Positions 1-9,726 are shown, counted from the first letter of the stretch. The stretch: 64,000 nt of DNA from an uncultured Actinomycetota bacterium (GCA_963761955.1 CAVXIY010000023.1:29767-93766); one strand, 5' to 3'. The notes: a model not told the origin generated them from the sequence alone. A program made the numbers and translations.

Positions 1-144
1 TCAGGGTGGGATCCGGTCGCCTGAAGGGTTGTTGCACGTGGCGCGGCACTCCGGGTGATCGGCAGATATTGAGCCATCGGCGCGTACCTCCGAACGGTGT
101 AGGTCCTCGTCCCTACCCGCGCGCGTCCGGTTAGGCTCGGGCCG

Positions 145-992
145 ATGCCGGCCCGCCGCGCGATCTTCGTCGCCCCGTTCGACGAGCTCGCCGAGCCCGG
201 CGCTGGTCGCCGAGCTCGCGGCCCGGGCCGAGGAGCGCGGCTGGGACGGCTTCTTCGTCTGGGACCACGTCGCGCTACGCGCGCGCCCGTGCGGGCGCTC
301 GCGGATCCGTGGGTCACCCTGGCGGCGATCGCCGCGGCGCACCGAGCGCGTGATCATCGGCCCGCTGGTCACCCCGCTGGCCGGCGGCGCCCGCACCAGC
401 TCGCTCGCGAGACGGTCACGCTCGACCGGCTGAGCGGCGGGCGGCTGGTCCTCGGGGTCGGGCTCGGCAGCGACCGCAGCGGCGAGTTCGACCCCGAGCG
501 CTTCGGCGAGGAGGGCGACCCAGGCGCGCGCCCGGCTGCTCGACGAGGGGCTCGACGCAGCTGCGCGCGTACTGGGCCGGCGGGTTCGAGCCGCGGCCGA
601 TGCAGCAGCCGCGCATCCCGATCTGGGTCGCCGCCGCTGGCCGAACCGCCGACCACTGCGCCGGGCCGCCCGCTACGACGGGCTGTTCCCGATCGACCTG
701 CCCGGCCCCGACGCACTCGCCGAGCTGGTCGCCGAGGTCGCCGAGCTGCGCCCGACGGTCCGGACGACCGACCGTTCGACCTCGTCGTCACCCAACCGCC
801 CGGCACCGACTGCAGCCGTGGGTCGCGGCCGGCGCGACGTGGTGCCTGACCGGGTTCGGCTCGCAGCCGACCGTTGACGAGGTGAGCGCCGCCATCGACC
901 AGGCGTGTCCCCTCTGCAGTGTCCCTCCATGCGCCCGGCGGTCTGCACTCCGAGCACGTCGAACCATGCATCAACACCGTGATGACCGGTAA
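145..992 (+). CDS. LLM-class flavin-dependent oxidoreductase (frameshifted)
   Basis: Motifs DPWVTLAAIAA, LARETVTLDRLSGGRLVLGVGLG and QQPRIPIWVA are spread over ORFs 145-849 and 600-992. Confidence 0.85.
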
Positions 993-1102
993 GACCGCAC
1001 GACGTCGCGCTGCGTGACCGGCGGCCGCCCGACGTTGAGAGCAGCACGATCGACTCGTGTGCCATGATCAACTCGTCCTTCATCTCCGGGGTGTTCTACC
1101 GA

Positions 1103-2737
1103 TCAGCCCCAGCCGAATTGCATGGGCGCCATGTCGAGGCCGGCGCCGGACTGCAGCACCGGCGGGGTGAGGGCGATCGACTTCGCTCCAGGCGCGAAGC
1201 CCAGGTATGCCATCCCGGCGTCGGCCACGCCGCTGACATCCTCGCGGGGCACCGTGATCAGGTTCAGGAACCACGGATGGTCGTCGTCGATCTCCTCGCT
1301 GGTCAGCAGGACTGACGCAGCCGCGGTGCCGAAGCGGTCGCCGCTCTCGGCGGTACCGGCCACGCCGGCAGAATCCTGCGACCACGACGCGGGCCGATTG
1401 CTCGGCTCGAGGTGGCCGTACACGTCGTACTCCGCCATCGACAGCGACCCGGCGTTCTTCTCACCGCTCAGGTCCTCCAGCGGCGCGGTCACGGCCAGGT
1501 CCACGTGCCCGCGTGGAGTGTCCGAACTCACCGGCGAGCACCGCGTTGCCGAACAGGTCGCCCGCCTCGGCCGTGCCGGGCATCCCGGGCGAGTCCTGAG
1601 TGACGGTCCGGGCCTGACCGATCAGTCCGGTGGTGTCGGACGGATCAGGGGATCTCCTTCAGGTCGAAGTAGGCGAAGGCCACCGCACCGGCATCGGACA
1701 TGCTCCCGATGTCCTCACCCGGGACGCCGATCGCCACGCCGACCACGGACGTCGTCCGCGGTGAAGGCGCCGTAGATGTCTATCGAGGTGCCATAGCGGT
1801 CCCCGGCCTCGGCCACCCCGCCCGCCCCGGGCGAGTCCTGGGTGACGATCGACAACTCGCCTCCTTCACCATTTTCAGCGCCACCGCTCCGGCGTCGGCC
1901 CGGTTGCCGACGTCCTCATGCGGTACGCCGACCATCAGGATCGGCCCTTCGCCGGAGCCGAAGACGTCGAGGACCTCCCCGAACCGATCCCCGGACTCCG
2001 GGCTCCCTGCGCCCGCGCCGCCCTGCTGGACGACCGAGACGATCGGGTGCCGCATCGGTGACCACCTCGTAGTCCCACGTCACGATCCGACCGGCATCAG
2101 TGGCTGCGCCGATGTCGCGCCCCGGCGCGCCTATCGCGATAATGCTCGAGCTGGACGACTCCGAGCGCCGTGCCGAAGCCGGCGCCGGCCTGCGTCCCGC
2201 CACTCACATCTGCTTCGTCGAACGTCTTGACGACGCCGTTCAGCCCGCCCGCCGAACCGCGAAGCTGGAAGACCTGCCCGGCCCCGGACTTGCCGCCGAC
2301 ATTCTGTCCGGGCGCGCCGACAAGCAGGTCAGCGCAGTCGTCGAGATCGTCGAACGCGGCCCCCCAGACCGCGACCGATGCGCCGAAGCGCGCGCCGGCT
2401 TGTGAGCTCAGCCCGAAGAAGTTGTCGGCGGTGTACAGCCTGCGAGCCGTGGGCGCCTTCGGGTTCGCCTGCCCGCGGCTCCCACGTTGGAGAACACCAC
2501 GATCGCTCCGGCGTTCGGCTTGCCCGGCAGGTCGTACGACGGCATCCCGATGGCGACATCGGGGCCGCCACCGTCGACGTCGGCGGGCACGTCGTCCCAG
2601 CATGCCGGAGGCGCTGCCGAGGCCGGCCCGGCGCCGAGGAAGACGGCTCCCAGCAACATCGCGCTCAGCGACGCTGCCGAGACCCAGGGCGCGCGAAGTC
2701 CGCGCCGACGATGGTGACTGACCGGACTTGCGCTCAT
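1103..2737 (-). CDS. Secreted FG-GAP/integrin-alpha-repeat protein (frameshifted)
   Basis: Signal peptide ending PASA, plus repeated ESGDRFG, DLLVGAPG, IAIGAPG and VGVPHED motifs across ORFs 2408-2737, 2097-2759, 1916-2203, 1780-2055 and 1103-1531. Confidence 0.8.
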
Positions 2738-2952
2738 GGCGGTTCCCCTTTGAATGCACGGAATCTCCTCATGGTAGGGACGACTCGCCGGTGAGAAGTC
2801 CTCCGCAACTCAACTGCAACGCCTCTCCGACGGGCGGCGCGAATCCGGTAACGGTGGCGTCAAGGCGCATCGTCCACAACCCATTGCCACCCCGGATGCG
2901 GGGGGCCATCATGGGCGGAAGTTGCCGATTCGTGACGTGAGCGGAGTGCCGG

Positions 2953-3558
2953 ATGTTTCTGCAGGTGATCAGGGGTGCGGTCTTCGAGGCCACGGCGATC
3001 AGATCATTCGACGATCGCTGGATCGCCGAACTCAGTCTCGGAGCCGACGGCTATCTCGGCAGCACTGAGGGCGTGACGGCCGACGGCACGTTCGTCGGGC
3101 TGGTCCGGTTCGAGTCAGCCGACGCGGCCAGCCGCAACAGCAACCGGCCGGAACAGGGCGCCTGGTGGGCCGAGGCCCAGCAGTGCTTCACCGGTGGGGT
3201 GACCTTCGCCGAGTTCGACGACGTGACCGACTTTCGCGGCGGCGGCTCGGATGAGGCCGGCTTCGTCCAGGTCATGCTGGGCACGACGACCGATCCGGCG
3301 AGACAGCGGGAACTGAGCGCAGTCGTGTCCAGACTCGGCGGCGACTATCGGCCCGATCTGCTCGGCGGGATCATGGCCTTTGCCGATGACGGGTCGTTCG
3401 TCCAGGCGTTCTACTTCACCTCCGAGGCCGAGGCTCGGATCGCCGAGCGGGAGGATCCGCCCGCGGAGTTTCGCGACGCGTTCGCCGAAGCGCGATCGCT
3501 GGTCACCGACCTGACGTTCTACGACCTCACCGACCCCTGGCTGCACTCGAAGAACTGA
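2953..3558 (+). CDS. Conserved hypothetical protein with two internally similar halves
   Basis: Intact 201-aa ORF with normal composition; FLQVIRG/FVQVMLG and RFESADAA/YFTSEAEA repeat pattern. Confidence 0.75.
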   Translation: MFLQVIRGAVFEATAIRSFDDRWIAELSLGADGYLGSTEGVTADGTFVGLVRFESADAASRNSNRPEQGAWWAEAQQCFTGGVTFAEFDDVTDFRGGGSDEAGFVQVMLGTTTDPARQRELSAVVSRLGGDYRPDLLGGIMAFADDGSFVQAFYFTSEAEARIAEREDPPAEFRDAFAEARSLVTDLTFYDLTDPWLHSKN

Positions 3559-3738
3559 CCGAATCGGCTGCGATCCACGCCGATCGGCCGCCGTCGCGCG
3601 GATAGATTGCCTCCTCGCCGAGGGGATGAGGACCGTCCGCTGCGATCCGTCCTCTTCGTCAGGTCGCCCTGGGCGGCATGATCATTGCCGGTATTCAGGT
3701 CTACACGATAGAGTGAGCACGGCCGGGGACCGTCTCAC

Positions 3739-4249
3739 TTGGGCAGTATCTCGGCACCAGCGACTTCGTCGAGGCGACCTTCGAGACTGGGAGCGCGTTC
3801 CTGCAGATGGGATGACGTGGTCCTCACCGCCTACCTGTTCCAGCGAGGATCCTCCGAATCCAAACCGATCGACGAGCCGGCGCCGCAGGACGTGGATCAC
3901 GACTCGCCGACGACCCGACGCACCCTGGCCGGTCCGCCGGGTGGCTGGTGGCTGAAGGTCTACGAGAATCGCTGTCCGGTCTGTTCTTCGTCCTGTTTCT
4001 GGCGTCGTTCGCGGCCCATGCCGCCGGTGGGGCGCGGGCGTACAGCGAGGAGAATCTCCTCACGGCCAACCGGCCGTCAGCTTCCTCGGCTATCTCGGCA
4101 CGTCGCAGTTCTGGTTCGAGTCCTTCCAGAACTGGCAGAGCGAGTTCCTCGCCGTCGCCACCATCGTCGGCGCTTCGGTCTACCTGCGGCAGCGCGGCTC
4201 GGCCGAATCGAAGCCGGTCGCCGAGCCCCACGCCAAGACCGGTTCCTGA
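3739..4249 (+). pseudogene. DUF6766-like membrane protein, 5'-degraded or frameshifted
   Basis: Fragments LTAYLFQRGSSESKP and LFFVLFLASF, then (read across frames) SQFWFESFQNWQSEFLAV...YLRQRGSAESKP ending at TGA 4247-4249. No clean N-terminus found. Confidence 0.65.
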
Positions 4250-4315
4250 GCAGTTCACCGGCCTTTGGGTGGCAACGGACCGATAGTCGAGCGACCGGCC
4301 GCTCCCGTGCTGCCG

Positions 4316-4894
4316 TCAGGCTGGACTCCGACGATGCACGTCGAGGATGAAGTTGGTGTCCAGGTGATGGGTGGTCTGCGTCCAGCCCGATCGACGTAGT
4401 CCGCCGGCGATCTCTCGCTGCACACTCTCACCGCTCAGCCACCCGTCGTGCGGCTTGAAGCGCCAGTGCACCGACAGAACCTCCCCGTTGCCGGCCGCGA
4501 CCGAGTTGATCATGGTCATCATGCTGCGCCGATCGGCCGCCTCGAGGTAGTAGCAGAACTCGCTGAGCACGATCAGATCGAGGTCGGTGCACGGCGGCGG
4601 CAGCGGGAGGCGCAACTGGGCCACCTCGACACCGGTCCGGTCCGCGCAACGCTGCCTGGTCAGCGCGACCGCTTCAGCCGAGGCGTCCGTGGCCAGGACG
4701 TGCGCCGCACGATCGGCGAGCTGAAATGCCAGTTCGCCCACCCCGCACGTCGGGTCCCAGGCCGCTTCGTAGCGGGGGCGGTTCAGGCAGGCCATGATGA
4801 TGGACAGCTTGCGCTGCTCGTAAGGGCTCGTCCGGACCGACCAGGGGTCTGGCTCAGCCCGGTAGAGCGCGTCGAAGTCAGGTATCTCGGTCAC
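4316..4894 (-). CDS. SAM-dependent methyltransferase, NodS-like
   Basis: FDALY..DPW....SPYEQRK, WDPTCGVGELA and DLIVLSEFCYYL motifs; GTG start at 4894. Confidence 0.85.
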   Translation of the reverse strand: MTEIPDFDALYRAEPDPWSVRTSPYEQRKLSIIMACLNRPRYEAAWDPTCGVGELAFQLADRAAHVLATDASAEAVALTRQRCADRTGVEVAQLRLPLPPPCTDLDLIVLSEFCYYLEAADRRSMMTMINSVAAGNGEVLSVHWRFKPHDGWLSGESVQREIAGGLRRSGWTQTTHHLDTNFILDVHRRSPA

Positions 4895-4921
4895 GTCACC
4901 CGCCCGGCATGGTGCTCGAAA

Positions 4922-4934
4922 TTTACGTCGTAAA
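4922..4934. promoter_or_regulatory. AT-rich palindrome TTTACG-T-CGTAAA, candidate operator
   Basis: Perfect inverted repeat about 28 bp upstream of the methyltransferase start; a near-identical copy lies at 5831-5849. Confidence 0.5.
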
Positions 4935-5483
4935 CTCAGCCTACCGCCGAGCGGAAGGGTGAGTCTCGGTGAAGGCAGTGACCTGGCTCGGGGACGCGAC
5001 GTCGCCGCGCGGACGTGCGAGCCGATCCCAGGATCGAGCACACCGACCGATGCATCATCAAGATCACCAGCTTTCGCGTCCAGGTCCAGTCGCGGCCACG
5101 GGGTGACCACCTCAAGCGGTCGCCGGATCCTCTCAGCTACTCAGGGATTCCCGGTCACGGACGACACCCCCGCACCAGGTCCACCCGACCGCTCATCGGG
5201 TGTCTCCTATCGCCGTCCGCCCGACTCCCCAATTCCTCGCCCGCCCCCTACCCGGGCCCGCGACCCCCCCCCCCACTCCCCCGACCCTCTGACCCCCCGG
5301 AAGGATGACGCTGCTCGGTCGGTCGCGCCCGTCCCCGCGTACGGCGATGTTGATGATCGGACCTCTCTGCCGGGTGGAGAACCGCCGTTGCCCCGATCAC
5401 GCGTCGGCCGCAAGAACCCTTGTGTCAAAGCAAACTGGCTGGTTCGTGCCACCGAAGCGTAGCCGGTCTGCAATGATGCGGGC

Positions 5484-5774
5484 ATGGCGAACAGCGGCGC
5501 GGTACGGTCCCGTCCTTCGATCCTGTCCTACGTGCTCGGTGGTCTCGCCCTGGCCGCACTCGCGGCGATGTCGATCTTCTTTTTCGCTGCTGGTCTGATG
5601 GCACCGTTGTGGGCTGTGATCGTCTTCGTGGCCGTCTGGTTGATCTTGTTCATCCGGGGCTGTCTCTGGATTCGGCGGCATCCGCTCCGGGTGCTCATCC
5701 TGCCGGTGATCGCCGCAGCGATCTGGTTCGGCGGCATGACCGCCGGCGAGCAGTGGCTGGGATGGACCGCGTGA
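5484..5774 (+). CDS. Small integral membrane protein (about 3 TM)
   Basis: 96-aa strongly hydrophobic ORF. Confidence 0.75.
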   Translation: MANSGAVRSRPSILSYVLGGLALAALAAMSIFFFAAGLMAPLWAVIVFVAVWLILFIRGCLWIRRHPLRVLILPVIAAAIWFGGMTAGEQWLGWTA

Positions 5775-5830
5775 CCCCCCATTCGCAACAAACTTCGGCC
5801 GGTTCGCAGTAGGGTCATAGTTCAGCGATG

Positions 5831-5849
5831 GAGTTTACGTTGTAAACTC
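5831..5849. promoter_or_regulatory. Palindrome GAGTTTAC-GTT-GTAAACTC, candidate operator
   Basis: Perfect 8-bp arms upstream of the 26-aa sORF. Confidence 0.55.
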
Positions 5850-5917
5850 TAGGCTTGGTTCATGGGCTCGACCCGGACTCGAGAGAGCCGCGTCAGGAGC
5901 AGGGAGGAGGGCGATCC

Positions 5918-5998
5918 ATGAATAGAGGAATTATCGGCACCATTATCGGTGTGCTGGTCATCATCATCTTGGTGATCGTGATCTTGCAGCTCACCTGA
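5918..5998 (+). CDS. 26-aa single-TM small protein MNRGIIGTIIGVLVIIILVIVILQLT
   Basis: Strong RBS AGGGAGGAGG at 5901-5910, ATG 5918, TGA 5996-5998, followed by a terminator. Too short for the ORF track. Confidence 0.75.
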   Translation: MNRGIIGTIIGVLVIIILVIVILQLT

Positions 5999-6005
5999 GC
6001 CGAAG

Positions 6006-6050
6006 GGCCGGGGCGTCCAGAAGACAGGCCAGTCGCCCCGGTCTATCTTT
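6006..6050 (+). terminator. Intrinsic terminator
   Basis: GGCCGGGGCG...CGCCCCGGTC stem followed by TATCTTT. Confidence 0.6.
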
Positions 6051-6410
6051 CCTGGATGCCTGAGTCAGGGCCGCATCGTCGGGTCGGACCCGAGATGATC
6101 ATGGCCGCTGGCGTCCTCGAGGGCGATCAAGTGGTGTCCGGCCGTGTAAGCTTCGTGCCGAAACCATCGTCCTCAGCACGGTCAGCAATTCGCCCACTCG
6201 TACCCTCCGCACCGCCCGACCCTCCTCCCCCAGCAGGGGTTCACTGTGCCTCAGCCCGCCGAGCACCCCGATCGAACGCGGAAAGGTCGCGTCGTCTGTC
6301 CCCGCAGCCGGCATCCGTGCAGCGTATCGACCGAGGTTCGCCTCAGTGGCCGATTAGCCAGATTGCCTGTCCGGCTGCGGAAAAGCGCCTCGCACTCGCG
6401 CGACACGAGG

Positions 6411-7764
6411 TCAGCCGCCGCGGGTGAGCACGATCGTGACGACTCGATACAACTCGGGCGTCAAGTCCTGCTCGGGCACCGTCAGGCGCCAGTCGCCGAA
6501 CTCCAGCGTGTACACGAACCGGTCCGGCGCCGGAATGCTGATCGAGAGCTGCTCCGTCTCGACGAGCATCAGCAGCTGCCGGATCTCCTCGCCCTCCGGA
6601 TCGCTGTTCAGGTCGAGTTCCCCGGTACGGGTGGCGCCGGCGAAGCCTCCGCTCCGGCGGACGGCAACGACACTTGGGGTGCCGGGCGGTGCGGCGGCTC
6701 CGGATTCGGCCGGGGGGTCGCCGAGTGCTATCTGGTCCCCGAGCACCCCCACCGTCGTCCAGGCCGCCTCGACCTTCGCCGCCACCGACTGATCATTGCC
6801 GAACAGCCGCCGTGCGGAACTGAGCGTGGCGCGGGCGAAGGACTCGAAGTCGGCTGTCGGCGACAGCTCGCCCGCCACCAGGGCGTCGTACCAGATCTTG
6901 CCCGCCACCGACCAACTCTCGCCGCCCAGATCAACCGCCAGCAGCGCGAACGCGCGGTTGGGGATGCCGGAATTGAGGTGCACGCCGCCGTTGTCCGCGG
7001 CGGTGTTCACGTAGTCGGCCATCGATCCGACCTGCGGATCCTTGCCGAGCTGCGGATCGTCGTACGCGGTGCCGGGCTCGCTCATCGACCTGAGGGCTCG
7101 CGCATTGACGCCGGGCAGGAAGATGCCCTCCCCGATCAGCCAATCCGCATCGCCGGCGCTCTGGCCGAGAGCGCGCTGCTTGGCCATCGAGGCAAAGGCA
7201 TCGCTGATGCTCTCGTTCAGTGCGCCGGATTGCCCCTGGTAGATCAAGCCGACGGTGAACTGGGTGACCCCGTGGGTGAACTCATGGGCCATCACGTCCA
7301 TCGGCTTGGTGAACCGGTCGAAGATCTGACCGTCGCCGTCGCCGAAGACCAGCTGGGTTCCGTCCCAGAACGCATTGTCATAGTTGCGCCCGTAGTGGAC
7401 AGTGATGGACAACGGGCTTCCGTTCCCGTCCGCCGACTGCCGGGCGAACTGGCTGGCGAACAGGTCCAGGACTTGACCTGAGGAGTCGAATGCCTCATCG
7501 ACGGCAATGTCCCCGCTGATCGGATCACCGTCAGCCCGGACGAGCTCTCCGGGAAGCACCTCGGTGTTGTTCGCGTCGTGCACCTGGCGGGTGACGCCGG
7601 TGACGACAGGGGTGACCGTGACCTGCTCCGGCACGGCATCCCGGCGTGGCTCGCAGTCGATCGTCGACAGCGAGAGTGGCTTCGCTTGCGGTGCTCGCAA
7701 GCGGGTTCTGGGCCCGCTCAGCAACATTGCGAAGTAGGTATGGGGGGACGAATTGGCAACTCAT
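6411..7764 (-). CDS. Protealysin-like M4 metallopeptidase fused to a C-terminal emfourin-like inhibitor domain (one frameshift near 7640)
   Basis: Propeptide CQFVPPYLL, NAFWDG, HEFTH, GALNESISD and GGVHLNSG; C-terminal VRRSGGFAG...PDRFVYTL. Confidence 0.88.
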
Positions 7765-7856
7765 GGGACACCCTTTCTCGAGAACGGTCATTCGCCGGCG
7801 GATCGGGTGCTGCCGGTCAATCGCGAAGTTCGCGGTTTCACCGTAGTCGGTGGGTC

Positions 7857-7866
7857 TGACATGTCA
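7857..7866. promoter_or_regulatory. Palindrome TGACATGTCA upstream of the protease
   Basis: Perfect 10-bp palindrome; a 9/10 copy GGACATGTCA lies at 8161-8170. Confidence 0.45.
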
Positions 7867-8143
7867 CTTTTCGGTTCCAAGTTGGTTTGTTGCCGGTCAT
7901 CTCGGAGTGGTCGGCTTGACGGCTGGGCAAGGAGAGTTCAGGCTGACCAATGAACGGGTTTGCAACCGCTGACACGTCGGGTTAACCTGTTCTGTGGGTC
8001 GATTGAAGACACGCAATCGGTGACGGCCACTCATCATTGGGGGGCGATTCCTTGGCCACGGGGGCCAGGGACCGGGAACGCGCGCGGAGGTCGACTTCCG
8101 CGATCGGACGCGTTGGAGAGCCAAAGAGGCACCTAACGCGATT

Positions 8144-8174
8144 TTGTCATGTCCACTTTAGGACATGTCATAAT
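8144..8174 (+). promoter_or_regulatory. Promoter/operator of the peptide gene
   Basis: Inverted repeat CATGTCC-ACTTTA-GGACATG (8148-8167) overlapping TTGTCA (8144-8149) and next to CATAAT (8169-8174). Confidence 0.55.
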
Positions 8175-8293
8175 ACTGCTATCGGATCCGCGTGACTGCA
8201 GCGCAGCCACTGCGTAGGTTCCTTCTTGAAACGTCAGGATTCCCACCATCGACCGCAGCAAGCGGGGTGGCTGGGCCAAGGAAGGAAACTCTC

Positions 8294-8459
8294 ATGCGCA
8301 ACTCCAACACTGCCCGTCGCCTTATCGGCACGGTCGCCGCCGGCGCCGTCACCCTGACCGCCTGCGCGGTGGTCATGCTGGCCCCGACCAGCGCGGATGC
8401 GGTCAACTCGCTCCAGGATCAACTCGCTGGTCCACTCGCTGAAGGTCAACTCGCTCTAG
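8294..8459 (+). CDS. Secreted repeat-containing peptide precursor (about 54 aa after correcting one extra base)
   Basis: RBS AAGGAAGGA; 36-aa Sec signal ending ADA; then VNSL and, in the +1 frame, INSL-VHSL-K-VNSL-TAG (8457-8459). The uncorrected frame runs to 8515. Confidence 0.7.
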
Positions 8460-8696
8460 AGCTGGCCTCCTCCCACCAGACGGCAACAAGGGCGCGAAAA
8501 GTGCGGAGCAACTAGTGAAATCGAGCGCGAAGTTCGATAGTGTCTGTGTCAGGCAGACCGTCTCTAGATCTTCCATCAGGAAGCCGGGATACCTGACGTT
8601 CCCGGGTCGGTCAGGTGGTGTTGTGAGCGCCACCGCGCCTGTAAGGCCGCGTAGGACTTTCCCCGAGGATCTGCGCGGATCTCCTCCCCCTGGGCG

Positions 8697-8728
8697 ACGC
8701 CCGCGGTCCGGATTCGGACCGCGGGCGT
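8697..8728. terminator. Strong hairpin between convergent genes
   Basis: Perfect 14-bp stem ACGCCCGCGGTCCG-GATT-CGGACCGCGGGCGT. Confidence 0.75.
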
Positions 8729-8745
8729 AGCTTTCTCGCGAGCGT

Positions 8746-9726
8746 TCAGGTCAGGCTGGCCGGCTCCGGGGCGAAGATATCCGACCGCACGAGCGCGGCC
8801 CCCAACTGGAGTCGCGTCGTCACTCCCAACTCCTCCATAAGTTCCGAAATCCACCGCCGTACCGAACGCACGTTCAGGTTCAACGTGTTGGCGATAGCCG
8901 AATCCGTGGACCCGGTCATCAGCATGGAAATCAGCATTTGCCGGCGCGGGTCGGTGTCTGCTGAAAACGATGTCATGATCGGCACAGACGCGTCCCATAC
9001 CGCTTCGAAAAGCCATTGCAGGGCTTCCACGAGCAGGGGGTGGCGAACAATTGACGCCCGCAGTTCGTGGCCGGGATTGTAAGAGCGCATCGATGGAATA
9101 AGCGCGACGTGCGAATCGACGAGAATGAGCTTCATCGGAACCAGCGCCGTGCGGGATCGTTCGCCCCGTCCGGCGAAGAGGGCCAGCTCCTGGAGCCGGT
9201 CCGGATCGAAACCGGGATGGTAGACACCGCGTAGCACGACGTCGCGCTCCAACGCCTGCCACTCCGGCGTGGTGCGCAGCAGCGCCTCGGTGACCTGGTG
9301 CCGGCTGGTGACGTAGGGCGGCTTGTCGAACGCGCAGATCTCCTTGCGCGCACTGGCGAGCAGCTCACGATGCGCCTCGACGATGGCCTCACGCCCGATG
9401 AGGATCTTGACCCCTTCCTCCTCGTCCTCCTGGGCGGCGAGGAGGTGGCTCTCCAACGACTCGGCCGCGACGCTGGCCAGCTCGATCTCGGAGAATCGCT
9501 GCGCCTTGAGGTGGTTCACGACCTCGAGCAGGGGGAGGGTCCGCCACTGACTCTTCGATGCCTGGGTCGCGAGACCGAGCTTGCGCAGCTCCTCGAGCGC
9601 ATCGACGACGTCGTCCTGGCTGACCGCCGCGAGCTTCGCCAGATCACTCACCGACGCCGATGCCAAGGGCCCGAGTGCGATATATACGGCCTCGGCTTCA
9701 GCGCTGATGCCAAGCGGCTGAAGCAT
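8746..9726 (-). CDS. TrmB-like N-terminal HTH / ligand-binding domain / LuxR-type C-terminal HTH transcriptional regulator
   Basis: MLQPLGIS..AEAVYIAL, PMKLILVD..VALIP and GSTDSAIANTLNLNVRSVRRWISELMEELGVTTRLQLG; RBS GGAGGGG before ATG 9726. Confidence 0.88.
   Translation of the reverse strand: MLQPLGISAEAEAVYIALGPLASASVSDLAKLAAVSQDDVVDALEELRKLGLATQASKSQWRTLPLLEVVNHLKAQRFSEIELASVAAESLESHLLAAQEDEEEGVKILIGREAIVEAHRELLASARKEICAFDKPPYVTSRHQVTEALLRTTPEWQALERDVVLRGVYHPGFDPDRLQELALFAGRGERSRTALVPMKLILVDSHVALIPSMRSYNPGHELRASIVRHPLLVEALQWLFEAVWDASVPIMTSFSADTDPRRQMLISMLMTGSTDSAIANTLNLNVRSVRRWISELMEELGVTTRLQLGAALVRSDIFAPEPASLT

Noticed and set aside
8402-8459. Four short direct repeats as a mini-CRISPR or iteron set
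   Set aside because: Units are 10-12 bp with 0-4 bp gaps and keep codon phase; better explained as a peptide repeat. No cas genes are present.
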